Shown one piece after another: positions 15,673 to 27,539 of a DNA stretch of 64,000 bases. Below the pieces are notes generated by a model. It was not told where the DNA came from. It saw nothing but the letters and a program-made list of their open reading frames with translations, and searched no databases. The position numbers and the translations under genes were made by a program. The stretch is from Lama guanicoe (Eukaryota), in contig MU054220.1 of the NCBI GenBank assembly GCA_013239625.1, positions 2,107,374 to 2,171,373 of the forward strand, in the 5' to 3' direction. How positions within the stretch are numbered: position 1 is the stretch's first letter; each line of letters begins with the position of its first letter.

Positions 15673-17840
15673 ATGCCCATGTTCCCTTCCCTCCCCGCCT
15701 GCTTCTTCTCCTTTGTGGACTTCCAGTCCTCGTGCTCGCTTATACAACAGGCCCCTTTCCTAGGTGCTCATCCTACTCCTCCTCCCACCCCATAACTGCT
15801 CCTGCGCGCCCTCCACAGGAGCTGTTTCCACCTGAGTTGGTAACTACCTGCGCACAGGAAATGGTGGCACATCCTGAGAATTTAGACCTGGATTTTACCA
15901 TGAACCTCATCTCTTGCACTCCATCCTGAGCCTTTTGAAACTAGACTCAGTAATGATTCCTCATCAGTACAGAGTTCCACCTCCCCTCCCCCGGTACCCT
16001 CAGTGCCTGCCCCACAAGAGCTGTTGATCCAAGACTGCACTCCCTCCGCCCATCAAAGCTGGCCTGACCACTTCTCTGAGAGAGTGCTGACCGGGGGCTG
16101 CAGCTGAGGGGTCATGGGTAAAGAGAGAGACGAAGGATAGAGGCTGAGAGAAGAAGGAGGAGTCAGCCCAGCTGGTATGGGCATCTGGGAAATCTCCAGC
16201 CTCAAGTGCATTAATAACATGAAAAAGCTTTTAGTGGTGTTTGGGCCTGGGTGTCCTGTCCATTGCTGGCAATGGATATTATCCTTATCCTAAGAGTTGT
16301 TGTTTTTCCAGCTACAGATGCTGGTGAGAGCTGGGTATGGCTCAAGCTATTCTAACTCCTGCTAGAATGTCTGGAGCCTCTTCTACTTTCAGATGACTGG
16401 GGATCCCTATCACACAGCAGCTGGCTAATACGAGTTCCCTTCTGCTGCCACCACTGGCCGGTACCTTTCCTAAGTCATTGCTCTAAGTAACCAGATTGTG
16501 AGCCAGTGGCTTGAATGAGTGTGGGGCCCTCAGGGGTGGGTCTCTGCAATGTCTGAGAACTACTGCTTAGACCAAACATAGCACATCCCCTGAACTTTAA
16601 TGTTCTGCCACTCTCTCCCTCCTCATTCTCTCGGATTCTGAGCACAGAGATCCTGAAACAGCCTTTCAAAGAAGGGCCAGAAATTTTCATCAATGATTGG
16701 GAAGAGCAATTGGATTAGAGACTTGGGGCACCCAGGGCCTAAAGGGAAGTATCCATGAGGCTGAACCTCCTGCGTTCTCTCTCAGGTGCTCAGGGATCTA
16801 AGTTAGTGGACAGACAGCCCGCAGCTGTGGGTGGTGAAGTTCCCATTCCAACTTTCTTCCCAGCTAAGTGACTCCCTTTCCATTGCTGAGATGCCATGCT
16901 TGGTTCATGCTTATCCACACAGCAGGCATGTGTGTCACACTAGTGTCACGAGAGTTGAGACTTTTTTTTTCTGTTCTAAAATTTCTACCTAGCTCTTAAA
17001 AAAAATTGGTGCCTATTTTGCTTTTTCTGACCTACCCTTGTGGGCACCTATGGTGAAGAGGCCTAAATAAAGATGCAAAGTGGGGGGCAAGGAGTAGGAA
17101 GGTAGAGAGAACCACTGAGGAAGCCCTTTCAGCCCAGGGCAGATCCAGACCTTTTTCACCCAAGGATTAGAAGCAACAACAGGAGTTGAGAATGGAGGGG
17201 AGGGCTCCCAGAAGATGTTTCCTGATTTGAAACATCTCCAGAGGTTACTGGCATTGAGAAATCAGCTGCTAATTTGAGTGAAAAGGGAAGATCAGAGCAA
17301 ACTGTTTCTGGTTAGTTCTAAGACCTCTAGAGACAGGTGCCAAGCTCTTAGCTCTGCTCTCAGTAGCCAGCCCGAGGTCTGGACCCTCTCAGGATAGCCA
17401 GGCCAGGCCAAGAAGGCTTTTCCAGTACACAAGGTGGGAAAGGAAAGATCCTCCCCCTGGGAGGAAGGGGGACATTTCACACTTGATGGGGCAGTAAAAG
17501 AGGGAGCACTTTGGGTCCTCAGACTCGTGGTTGGGGATGGGGAGAAGGTAGCAAAGTGGCATTTTCTTGAATGGGAAGGGGGAAGGATCTTATTGCACTT
17601 GGGCTGTTCAGAATGTAGAAAGGACATATTTGAAGAAATATCTATTTGAGCACTGATTTACTATGTAAAAAGCAAAGTCTCTCTGTCCTAAACTAATGGA
17701 AGTGATTCTCCCATGCTCATGTGTAATGGTTTTAACGTTACTCACTGGAGAGATTGGACTTTCTGGAGTTATTTAACCACTATGTTCAGTATTTTAGGAC
17801 TTTTATGATAATTTAATATAAATTTAGCTTTTCTTAATCA
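15673..17840 (+). other. LRP4: LRP4 3' UTR (end approximate)
   Basis: Follows the stop codon; apparently repeat-free; ends in an AT-rich block with AATATA/TATAAA (17815-17822); canonical AATAAA also at 17066 and 17965. Confidence 0.6.
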
Positions 17841-19304
17841 CCTTGCCTGGCTTGGAGTCATGACTAATAACTGTACCTGCTCTGTCTGGCAGACCCATGC
17901 TGTGGAAAACCTGCTTGCAGACATAACCTCTGAGTCCTTTGGGGATGTGAGGGCAGTGAAGAGCAATAAAGGGTGGGAGGTTCCTGGCTGGAGGTTCAAC
18001 TCATCTTGAGAAGACAGGTCAAGACCAGAGTTCATTGGCTTCTGAAATCCTTATCTCCTCTAGAAGTGGGTGGCAGAAAGGTTTCATCTTGACTGCCAAC
18101 TCTGATTGGTCAGTCATGGCTGCCTGAGGTCCTATCCAGACTCAATGGAAAAAGTATCATGATCATTAGTGATGTCTCCTTTGGATACCAGAAGGAAGGG
18201 TCACATCCTGTATACTATGTTTCTTCTATTTCTGTTCTAGGGCTATGAGGACTTCAGTGTCACAGGCCTTGACTTTGCCTTGCAGTGATGGTCACTGGCA
18301 AGATTGTCTGATGTAGTAAGAAAAGTACTGGCATGAGAACAAGGAGGGCTAATTCCAGTCCCAGATCTGCCACTAGCTCTGATTGATCTTAGTCATGTTT
18401 CATGATTACTCTGAGAATGGATCAAATGAACATGAAGATTCCTTTTATTTTTAAAATGCTATCTACTCATAGTTCATCCATTATATCTCAAGACTAGAAC
18501 AAGGCATTGGGAGTCCCTTCTCGGGTATCTGGACATAATACCTCTCAATGAAGATTGACAATCATGCATATCTTAATGCCAGATGTAGAATTTAATGTCA
18601 AGAGTCAGTAGTTGATTTTCTAAACCACAAACCATTTATCGAATAATGCTTTCATTCATTCATTCATCTGCTAGGGGCTGGGCACTTCCCAAGTATGACC
18701 AAGAAAGACAGAGTATCACAGAGCTTAGTGTCTACCAACACCCCTCCCCACTAAAAAAGGTGGAAAAAGGAAGCAAGAAGGACTGAATTCTCTTGTATGT
18801 AAGTGACAAGAGATCTGAGTATAAACTTCCAATGTTGGTGAGGGGTAGATATGCTAGAACAAAAACAAATGGAATAGCTCAAGGACCACCATCACTCCTT
18901 CCACCATTCTTTTTTGGAAAAAAAAAATAAGTCACAACAGAGAGTAAAGGAGAACATTTGAAGCAGTGAAATCCAGCGTAAAGCACAAGCTTATATACCT
19001 GAAGGAAGTACCCCTTTTCAGAAACTCAGAATTATAGGCCAGGCCATGAACAGTGACCACCAGAACTGGGAACCCAGGAAGAACTTTCCAAATGGGAAGA
19101 AGAAATGAATGCATTGAACATATATCATTTTCTTGGAAAACTGGAAGTGTTTCTGGGAGAACAATATTTAGCAAATGCATTTTACTAATCTGTAACTGCC
19201 CTGTTACTTCAGCAGGAAAAGAGAGGGGAGAATGGGGCTGCCCTGATAACCCAGGTCTTGACAAGAATTTGACCAGTGGCAAATGAGAATTCTGTAACAG
19301 CATT

Positions 19305-19354
19305 AAGAACTAGCACCCTAAAAAAAAAAAAAAAAAAAAAAGAACTAGCACCCT
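19305..19354 (+). mobile_element. Poly(A)-only insertion flanked by a 15-bp target site duplication
   Basis: AAGAACTAGCACCCT - pure A run - AAGAACTAGCACCCT. Confidence 0.8.
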
Positions 19355-19464
19355 GTTTTCAGGTTATGTTGGCTCTTAAGTTTCCTGATATAAAATGAAA
19401 AGATTGCACCAAATGATTGCTAAGGTCATTTCTGGCCTGAGACCTGTATTTACATTCCTTCCAG

Positions 19465-19610
19465 GTGGTAGGGTATAGGTCAGTGGTAGAGTGAATGCCT
19501 AGCATGCATGAGATCCTGGGTTCAATCCCCAGTACTTCGGTTAAAAATAAACAAGTAAATAAAACTAATTACCTGCCTCCTTAAAACAAAACAAAACAAA
19601 ACAAAAAACA
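19465..19610 (+). mobile_element. tRNA-derived SINE, same family
   Basis: Same head, (CAAAA)n tail; perfect 14-bp TSD TACATTCCTTCCAG at 19451-19464 and 19611-19624. Confidence 0.9.
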
Positions 19611-21199
19611 TACATTCCTTCCAGAAAATCTTGGGGATGAAACAAGAGTTGAGAATTTCTCATCTGGTTCTCTGGATATAAAACCTAAAACTGATTAAGT
19701 ATGGAGACGATGGATCAAATTCTAACAAACTGATCATATTTTGCACATCATTGGTTTGCAAAATAAAGTCACTGCCCTTCTTTTTTATATTGTATGAACA
19801 AACTGTGGAACCTACGATGAAAAGATCTCTGTAGCCCATAGAGAGGTCGCCATGGCATGAATTGAAGTTTTCATCAAAACTAGCCCTGAAGAAAATAAAG
19901 TCTGTGCTGCATAGGAACTTAGAAAAAGAATCTACAAGAGCTGAGGGTGCATAAGGGTCTAAGTGTAATGCACTGACATTCAAGGGCATCTTTAATCATT
20001 TCTAATACTGGACATAACGATAAAAGAAATATGGTTGAGAACTTTTTTATGACTAAGAAACAGTCTCTTTTTTCTTCATATTTGAAAATGACTCAACTGA
20101 TCCAGTTAATTGGATGTGTGTTTGGGGCTGTTTCAGGCAGCCTTTGTTTTGAAACATTCTCTCACTTGCCATTTATTTTCTCTCCAGATCATTCTCCCGT
20201 TAACCAGCTGACAGAGGCTAAGCAAAGCTCAGCAAAGGGAACAGAGTTTTATTTCCAGTCAATGTTCCAACTCACAACTTTGGACTCCTTGACGTGATGT
20301 TAAAACAGATCCAGACAGCCTAATTAAGGGTCTGAGTTTAAACCCAAGGCTAAGTTAGCCCCAGGCTATATAATCTTATTTCACTTTACAAGACACAAAG
20401 AGCCAAGAACTCTCACTTGGCCTGTCCTTCTCAGTGGTTTTTTTTCTCCAGCCCCTAAAAGCCAGTTGATGGCCTGCTAGCAAGGTCCCTATCTCTCCCT
20501 TCTGCCTACTTCCTCTTTGGAGGAGCTGATGTGTCTGTGGTCAAATTTCTTGAACAGCCTATATTTTGAGGCCTACGGGAAAATGGGCTGTGAGAAAAGG
20601 GGGAAAAAGCTATTCATTCCTTCATTCAACCAGAACCTATTAAATGCAACCAAGAGCAAGATGGGATAAGCTTTGCAGTCTTGGAGGCCAGTCGAGGCAC
20701 TAAAACCCACAGCCACTTGAGATCTGTGCTAATGCCATCACTGCTATCTCCAGGAAATAATGCAGGGAGTACCTGGACTGGAAATTCAAAGGAAGCTACT
20801 CACTGAGGCTGTTCCTTTTAGCTGGAAGTACGGGTCCAGGTCCCATGGTGGGGATGTTTCAACCAAAATGTTGCTTGTGATTATGATGGAATGAGCACAG
20901 TCCCAACCCTAGCAGACTTTTTAGAAATGCCCAGCACAGTTATTCAGCAGCCACAATGTTTGGCATTTGTCTCCTGCTTTCAGTTGCAATAGTACAGTGT
21001 TCACTTAGATATCTAATGCCCACAAGGGTTTCACTGTCCTATTATTAACCTCCTTATGTAGAACTATTGAGAAGTCCCAGGCATAAAGTAGGTACACATA
21101 ACTGCAATAAATACATAGATAAATGCCACTAGATGATAATTTTGGACTGGCCAAACATTTACTGAACATCTAATGTGGGCAAGGTACTGTATTAGGTTT

Positions 21200-21726
21200 C
21201 TACAAGGCTCTGCAGAATCTACCACTCTCCCCACTCCCTTATTGGTCCTCAGCTCCTACTACCCTCTGACTGCCAATTACTCCAGCTCTCCTCACCTCCC
21301 TGTTTCTCAAACCTGCCAGGTATGCTCCCTACTTAGGGTCGCTGCAAAGCTGTTTCATCTGCTGGCCCTTTCTTCCTTTAGACAAACTCATGGGGAACTA
21401 CTTTGCCTTCTTCAAGTCTTTGTTCAAATGTGACCTCAATTAAACTTACTCTGACCACTCTTTATAAAATTACAGTCTTTCCAACTGTACTTCCCAATCC
21501 CTTTTACCCTGTTTTATTCTTTTTTAATTTTCCCACTGTACATATTGTCCAATAGCATACTGTATGATTTTTCACATGTTGATTGTCTGTTTCCTCATTA
21601 TAATATGAGTACCATGAAAGGGCTTTTTTTTTTTTTTGGTCTGTTATGTTCACTGATAATTCCAAATGCCTATAAGAGTCCCTGCACATAATAGATGCTC
21701 AAGAAATATTTGTTGAATGAATAAAT
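21200..21726. mobile_element. L2 3'-end relic (representative; others near 6880-7200, 22060-22750, 26130-26240, 26940-27310, 45500-46340, 50600-51250, 62400-63010)
   Basis: Ends ...GCACATAATAGATGCTCAAGAAATATTTGTTGAATGAATAAAT, the L2 terminal motif. Confidence 0.65.
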
Positions 21727-24269
21727 AATGGAATCAGACATTGAATGCCCACCTTCTAGTGGAGCCGTATCTAAACCATATAAGACAGAAAAGGATTTGC
21801 TGTCTCGTTCTAAATCACTTCAGGATCTAGACTCCACACATCCTTTATTGATCAAATTCCAGGTTACCATCACTCTCTCCTTAAATGTAATCTTTAGTTT
21901 ATTTCTGGTAATATTTAAATAAAGTGAACATACCAGTGATCAATGACTGAAGAAGACTATTTCTACATATTCCTAACCCATTTCTTAACGGTTATTGTGA
22001 CCTCTTTTCTCTGATTGTTTCTTGTCTCCTACCCCTATCTATGGATCTGTCTTCATTTCCCGTCTTTTCACTCTCTCCAGTCTCCCATTCAGTGATCTCA
22101 TCCACAGTTTCATCTTTTCACTCTATGGAGGTAATTCCCAAATCACTATTACTTGAGTCCTAATCTCTTCTCACAGTTCTCATCCTGTATTTCCTAGGCC
22201 TACATACATGATTCCATTTGAATTGCCTCACTGGTATGTAAAAGTAAACAAGAATAAAACTAAATACCTTGTCTTCTCTTTGAGACTGGCTTCTCCAGCC
22301 TTTCTGCTTTCATTTGTGCAGTCACTGCCTCCCAGCCTCTAGGCTTAAATCAGGGCACACTCTTTGACTCATCTCCCTAAAGGGGCACCGCGCTCACTTT
22401 GTACCTAATCTAGTCAGTTGCCAAATCATTCACTCTTTCTTGAATCTGTTCTCATCATTTCACTGCTATTACCTCATATCAGACTCTTAACAGGGCGCAC
22501 AACCCATTTTAGAATTAGGCAATCAAGATAATTAGCTTTCCTAAAGTGCAGTTGTGACTTTGTCACTCCTTTGCTCAGAAACCTTCAATAGCTCCCCACT
22601 GCCTACTTAAATAAAGTACAAATTCCTTACCCTCATTTTCAAGACCCTCTAAAACTGTTCCTAACTTTCTCTGTCAATCTTGTCTCACTACTTCAACATG
22701 AACACTGTCCTAAAATCAAACCCACATGTTCAGCTCCCCTCAGACAATGCACTTTCTTGTCTTTCTGCCTTCACCCATACTTTGCCCACTACTACACATT
22801 CTCCCTGCTCCTTCTATTAAAAAAGTAACAATTTAACATCTCAGTGGTTAAAAAATTCATTTCCCTCCTTAATGAGTCCCACCCCTATTAAGTTTTTTGT
22901 TCCAGGAATGTTCTAACCATCTTCAGGCATGCACACAAATACATATATATTTATAACCATATATAATAAAAACCATTCCATATATGTATGCTTCTTTGCA
23001 ACTTGTCTTTTTTTAATTAAATAAGATTTATGCATTTTTCTAACCAGCACTCACAGATTAAACACATTCTTTTTAGCAGTTGTGTAGTATTCTATTGAAT
23101 GGGTATATCATTTTACGTAATAAAGTTCCCTATAGATGAACATGTAATTTCCAGGGGGTTTTGCTTGTTTGTTTGTTTTCTAAAGCAGTGCTGCAGTGAA
23201 CATCCTTGTGCCTTTTCTTTGCCTCCTTGCATAGATCTGTAGGACAAATTCCTATCAGTGGCATTACTTGGCTAGACATTATATACATTTTACATTTTTT
23301 TTTCATTTTACATTTTAATAACTGCTAAATTGTCTTCCTAAAAGTTTGTACCAATTATACTTTTACCAATAGTGAGTTTGAGTGTTTGTTTCTCCAACTC
23401 TTGGCCAACCAAAGGTTGTTAAACTTTTTCATTTTTGCCAATTTGATGGGTTTCAAAAAAATTGTTTTATTATTTTTACCCATCCTCTCTTCACTTTTTA
23501 GCTTCTTGGTAATCTACACACACTTTAAATCCTAGATTAAAATCCATCCCCTTCAAAGATCCTCCCCAATCTAATTCCTCCCTTCAGTTAAACATCTACC
23601 ATTTTTCTTTTATATAGTTCTTATACTGTTTTGAACTTTAGCAACTAGTCCATATGTTTTATTCCTCTGACCACTGTAGTTTGCAAATTCCTTGAAAGTT
23701 AGGACCAGATCTTATTCATAGAAACACTGAATGTAGAGCTAAGCAAGAATTTTAGAGATCATATTAACCAAGCGTCTCATTTTTATAAATAACCGGAGTA
23801 TTCAGCTTTTGTAGAATGCATTACTGTTCAAAGGCCCTTCCTAGACATTCAATTAAGTTATATTAAATCCTCACATTAAGATTATAAGCGAAATATCGTT
23901 ATCCCGTTTTACAGATGAGGAAACTAAGCTACGGACGATTTACTGAGAAAAGTGGTTTACTCGGAGCAGGTCCAAGACCAGAATCCAGCGTCTTGGCACC
24001 ATGCAGTCTCTTTCCACTATATGCCAGCTGCCTCTCTCGTTTCCTTCACGCACTTGGCTGCACAATCAATATTTGGCGAATGAAATGATTTTTTAAAAAA
24101 TTGTTAGGTGTTGACAGCAGCTTAAATGTCTGTAATTAAACAAAGCAAACATGCTGACGGTCGGCAATGCACAGCTCTCCATACGTATTTCGCCTTTCTT
24201 TCAGGGGTCGTCAGCAGCTCTCGCTCCAGAGGGAGTGACCCTCTTCCCACCAGACCTGAGAGAGCCGGG

Positions 24270-25030
24270 TCCCCAGGGAAACACGAGTGCCTGCGGCTCC
24301 TTTAAGGCTGCGGGCGGCGCGTGCCCACAGTGCTTTCAAATGGACCAATAGAAGGGCGATGGGCGGTCCACCGAGGACCAATAAACAACGAGGACACTGC
24401 GGGGTGTGCGGCGGCCCAAGCGGTTTCAAACGGCTTAGACCACCCCCTTGGTTCTGACCCGGCGGAGGTGAGTGGACTATGGGCCCGACCCACTCGCCTA
24501 GGCCCTCGGGCTCGCGAGTCGCGCGCGCAGAGGGGCCCTGAACCGCGGGCGAGGGTTCTCTGCGGACGCGCGCCTCCCTCGCCCTGCGACCCGGCAGGTC
24601 TGAGTCGCCGAGGCGGGGCGGAGGCCGGGGGACTCGCGGCTAGGAGGGCGGGGGGCGTGGGTGCTGGTGTGCAGCGGGGCCGGGGCTGGGATCCGGGTGC
24701 CTGGAGCGCGCCGCGGCGGGGTGCGGGCGGCAGCGCCGGGGGGATGTAGGAGGCGCAGGGCCGCGCCTGGCGGCTCAGGGTGTTCCGGTACTGGGGCGGG
24801 GGCCTGTGAGTCGGCCCTGCCGAGGCGCCCCTCGCGTAATTGTCAAATGAATGAATGAGTGAGTAAGAGCCTCTGAGGGCTCTCGTGGTTGTGAAGGGCC
24901 TGGTCGCCTCAGAGAGTGACAAGGACAGCGGTACCGGGGCCTGCCCGCTCACCTGTGTCCCTGCCCGCGCACCTGTGTGTCCCCACCGGCTTGCTGCGAT
25001 TTTAACGATTCGGATCCTACCGCTCCGCCC
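24270..25030 (+). promoter_or_regulatory. CKAP5: CpG island / CKAP5 main promoter
   Basis: Dense CpG, very high GC; CCAAT at 24345 and 24378, GC boxes at 24312 and 24361, TTCAAA (reverse CHR) at 24335 and 24425. Confidence 0.9.
24390..24467 (+). other. CKAP5: CKAP5 non-coding exon 1 (start approximate)
   Basis: Strong donor GAG|GTGAGT at 24467/24468 directly downstream of the CCAAT boxes; the next CKAP5 exon carries the ATG. Confidence 0.75.
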
Positions 25031-27539
25031 TTCTGGTTGGTTTTCTCTTTCAAAAGGTGTCAGTAGAGTTCGGGTATCTTTCCAGCTCTGAATGTTTGGG
25101 GGACCAGTACAATAGCCAGCAGTGTAGGTTAAGCAGGCCTTGCTACTTCAAGGTGGTGGCTCGGAGAACTAGATTCTTACTTTTTAGATCTTACCACTCC
25201 GGTTGTTGAGAGAGCTACCCTGCAATCGTGGTAATTGTCAGGCAGGATTTAAATGCATCCGTTTTGTTTCTAGGATAGGAAATGATGAAAGTCATGTTGC
25301 CAGAGTGGCTACTGTGTGTTAGAAAATATATTCGTGTTGATGAATCTTAATGAGTTTTTCATTCAGCATCAATAGAGGATGAAGAGGTTTTTGCAGAACT
25401 TGCCCCAAATTTATGCGCGGCTCCAGTTTAATTCTTATGGGAATCAAGGCTTCAAATCTTGGCCCAGAAATGCTCCCTGTCTTATTTTGTGCATAATTAT
25501 AGTAATTGAAAACTCATTTTTAGAGAGGTGAACTCCTCCTTTCTCCATTTTCATCACCGTGAAAAGTCCTTCTTTGACCTAAAGAGCTGATAAATTAAGC
25601 GAATGATCTTTTAAAACTTAAGAAATTGTAGAAGATTTGGACTTTTCTTAAGTGACTGGACAAAATATAATGTTGTTTTTATAGAATAATGTAGAGAAAG
25701 GTGAAATCAATTTATTTTGCCAACATAAATTAAATCCAGTTGGTAAACTCATGAGAAAAAAAATATTTTACACATTATTTTAAAGTTTGTTCACTCAGGC
25801 AAAGGCAAGCAAAGGTATTTATTCCATAACAATTAATATACTTTATAATTCATTAGTCTTAAAATTTTGATCATCAACTTCGAATTATGAACAATGTTAT
25901 AGCCTTCTACTGACAGCTCAATTTTAGCAGCAGAGTTTTAATTGCAATAAATTTGAGTACCTTAATATTACAAGCACTGTCCTAGGTTTTGGGAAGGCAA
26001 TTAAAAATAATAAACATCTTTATGAATGCCTTAGGTTATTGTTAAAAATCTTGATGGGGAATGAAAACTTTTCTTTGTATTGGAGTAAAGCCGGGCTCTT
26101 TTATGCTCCTTTGACTTAATAGAGTCTCATTCATTCATTCAACAAATATTGAGATTGATGCCTACTGTGTGTTAAACATTGTTCTAGATTCTGGGAAAAC
26201 ACTAGTGAACCAGAAAAAGACAAAGCCCCTGACCTAAGGGAGTTTGACAATTTTATCTCTCAAACAATTTGCTGTAGCAAATTGTAGTTTCTATAATCCC
26301 TCTGGCCCAGCTTTAGTCCTTGAACAAAATAAATGCTCAAATACTTTTACCAGCAGTAGTCAACATTATTGAATATTCACTGGGTGTCATGTTTTATCTT
26401 TTAATTCTTACAACTTTTTACATATAAGGAAACTGAGTTTTAGAAAGGTTATGCAGCTTGTTCAAAATCATGCAAGTGATAGGACCTCAATTTGAACCCA
26501 AGTTAGTCTGTCTTCAGGGCCTTCACTCTTAACCGATCATTGTACTTATATGCAGCAGTGAGGTCTGTTAGGAGGAATTCAGGATCAATTTCTGGGTAGA
26601 ATCTCCCCCCTTTTTTTTTTTTAAGTACTTCTGTCAGAGACATGATAAAATATGAACCATAGGCATGGTAGTTTTTAGAGGAAAAGTGGGGCACTTCAAA
26701 ATACAGTATTTGCCATATGGGAGATGGACAGCTGTGACAGTGGAAAGGGAGACTAAGTGGGGGCATAAAATAAAGATCTAGATCTAATTGTGATTAATAG
26801 ATTCCTGATGATTAGTATTAGAGAGATTTGAGATTCTTAAGTTCTTACCTGTAGAGTTCAAAATATGTTATTTAGCTTACTTCTTTCAGGGCAGTTGCCT
26901 TGCCTACTTGATATATCTCAGACACATTAAGCTTATTCTTTTTGGCCTTTGTGTTTGTTGTTCTCCCTGCCTGGAACTTCCCATCTGTCTACCCCCTACC
27001 TCAAGCCTGTCTTTGTGTATAGGCTTCACTCAGGTCGCAACTTAAATGTCATCTCCTTAAAAGAGGCATTTTCTAAGCTCTCAATTAGAGAAGCCTTCTT
27101 TGTCACATTTACCTCATTTCCCATTTTTTTTAACTTCATAGCATTATTGCTATATAATAGGCCATTTATTGACTGCTTGCTTGTATGTTGTCTGATTTCC
27201 TCACAGAAATGAAAGCAGAGCACAGATTTTTTTTTGGATCTGTGAGGTTACCTCAATGCCTCAAACAGTGCTCGAGACAAAGAAGGTGGTCAAAAAATAC
27301 TTGTTGAACAAAGACGGCCAAAACTGGCATAGTCTTTTGTATGTAATAAAATGATAAAGACAATATATATATAACCATTTGACTGTGTTACTGTGTCTTT
27401 GGAAGTGAGCAATATGTTAGCAGACCAATTTGGAAAGTCTTCAACTAAGAATCCTGGAAAAATGATGGTTTTGTGTTTGTGTTGATTGGGAGAAAAGGTA
27501 GATCCTGGCTTCCCCCTCCCACTTTTTTTTTTCCAGTTT

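Noticed and set aside
18930..20300. ORFs between LRP4 and CKAP5 (123 aa, 109 aa, 88 aa) as a small gene or processed pseudogene
   Set aside because: No recognisable homology, splice structure, poly(A) tail or TSD; lengths are compatible with chance.
24302..24952. Long ORFs on both strands (216 aa minus, 142 aa plus) over the CKAP5 CpG island
   Set aside because: Low-complexity Pro/Arg/Ala/Gly translations expected from stop-poor GC-rich DNA; the plus ORF crosses the exon 1 donor; no recognisable domain.
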